Shown one piece after another: positions 63,396 through 64,000 of a DNA stretch of 64,000 bases (within the stretch, counting starts at the first letter, position 1; each line of letters opens with the position of its first letter). The stretch is from Dehalococcoidia bacterium (lineage in GTDB: Bacteria; Chloroflexota; Dehalococcoidia; SZUA-161; SpSt-899). Below the pieces are notes generated by a model. It ran no database searches. It saw only the letters and a list, made by a program, of their open reading frames with translations, and was not told the origin of the DNA. The stretch lies in contig JBGLNL010000001.1 in assembly GCA_041300025.1 (NCBI GenBank), forward strand, positions 683,888 through 747,887, read 5' to 3'. A program made the position numbers and the translations under genes.

Positions 63396-64000
63396 TCAAG
63401 ATAATTTCGCCACCGTCTGGGGGGCTACAGGCAGCTCAATAAGGAAGGTTGTACCTTCACCTTCATGGCTGCTGACTGTTATCTTTCCCTTGTGGTCTTT
63501 AATTATTCCGTAGCAGATACTCAATCCCAGGCCCGTTCCTTCCCCAACCCCTTTGGTAGTAAAGAACGGCTCAAAAATTCTATCCTGTATTTCTTCAGGT
63601 ATCCCCGGGCCATCATCCCCAAATATTATCCGAATTTTCTCTCCGGCCTGCTCTGTGCTAATAGATACTTTTCCGCTGTCACCAGCTTCCTTTATAGCCT
63701 GTTCAGCGTTGATCAGCATATTCAAAATTACCTGCTGCAACTGCTGGAAATCAGCCTTAATATAAGGAAGCCCGGGAGCAAGATTTGTCTCAATCTCAAT
63801 ATTATCCAGAGACATTTCATAGGCACGCAGTCTGATGGTGCTTTCGATAATTTCATTGACCGATACAGGCAACTTATTTGAGTCCTGTTTACGGGCAAAA
63901 GAAAGAAGATTACGCACAATGGCAATAGCCCGATTGGTTTCGTCATACACTCTCTGCAAGCGTTTCTTTAAAGACTCGTCATCTGTTTTTTTCAGCATAA
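63396..64000 (-). CDS. Sensor histidine kinase, HATPase_c end; 5' part outside the window
   Basis: N-box [11 protein letters not shown]1 DDGPGI and G2 GTGLGLSI. No H-box is present, so the gene must start beyond base 64000. Confidence 0.8.
   Translation of the reverse strand, partial: MLKKTDDESLKKRLQRVYDETNRAIAIVRNLLSFARKQDSNKLPVSVNEIIESTIRLRAYEMSLDNIEIETNLAPGLPYIKADFQQLQQVILNMLINAEQAIKEAGDSGKVSISTEQAGEKIRIIFGDDGPGIPEEIQDRIFEPFFTTKGVGEGTGLGLSICYGIIKDHKGKITVSSHEGEGTTFLIELPVAPQTVAKLS

Overview
This 64-kb window looks like it comes from an uncultivated anaerobic bacterium. It has a bacterial nusA-ylxR-infB-rbfA-truB operon, a four-subunit 2-oxoacid:ferredoxin oxidoreductase, Thi4-type thiazole synthesis and IspH. 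A Chloroflexota-like lineage is only my guess. Housekeeping blocks lie at about 1-7.9 kb, 11.4-28 kb and 44-64 kb. Two accessory regions interrupt them.

(1) A small patch at 8.1-11.4 kb carries a HigBA-like toxin-antitoxin pair, an unknown gene, IS110 and IS630 transposase remnants, and a DUF3494 ice-binding-like protein with a PEP-CTERM-like tail.

(2) A mosaic integration hotspot of about 16 kb (27.96-43.87 kb) lies between tilS, whose 3' tail is replaced, and a 5'-truncated pilM. It holds two stacked elements:
- An island of about 8.1 kb bracketed by a perfect 51-bp duplication of the 3' half of tRNA-Ala(GGC). It carries decayed tyrosine-integrase remnants and a cytoplasmic GT4/GT4/GH130/GH130 carbohydrate cassette.
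- An element of about 7.3 kb, visibly more AT-rich, made almost entirely of unknown genes: an OGG-like HhH glycosylase, a 476-aa unknown, DUF5659, a PriCT/wHTH-like protein and Zn-ribbon proteins. It ends in a large serine recombinase whose ORF runs antisense into tRNA-Leu(CAA).

Other notable points:
- A modular MITE-like repeat family has at least 6 copies, and three of them sit exactly where genes are truncated, including an orphan rpoC 3' fragment.
- Two conserved genes (rplU and a B12-radical SAM gene) appear to initiate at ATT.
- A complete promoter, TPP riboswitch and terminator precede a thiC-thi4-propeller-cinA operon.
- Two genes collide tail to tail.

I saw no rRNA and no CRISPR array. 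All homology calls come from reading motifs by eye. No searches were run, and start codons and repeat boundaries are approximate.
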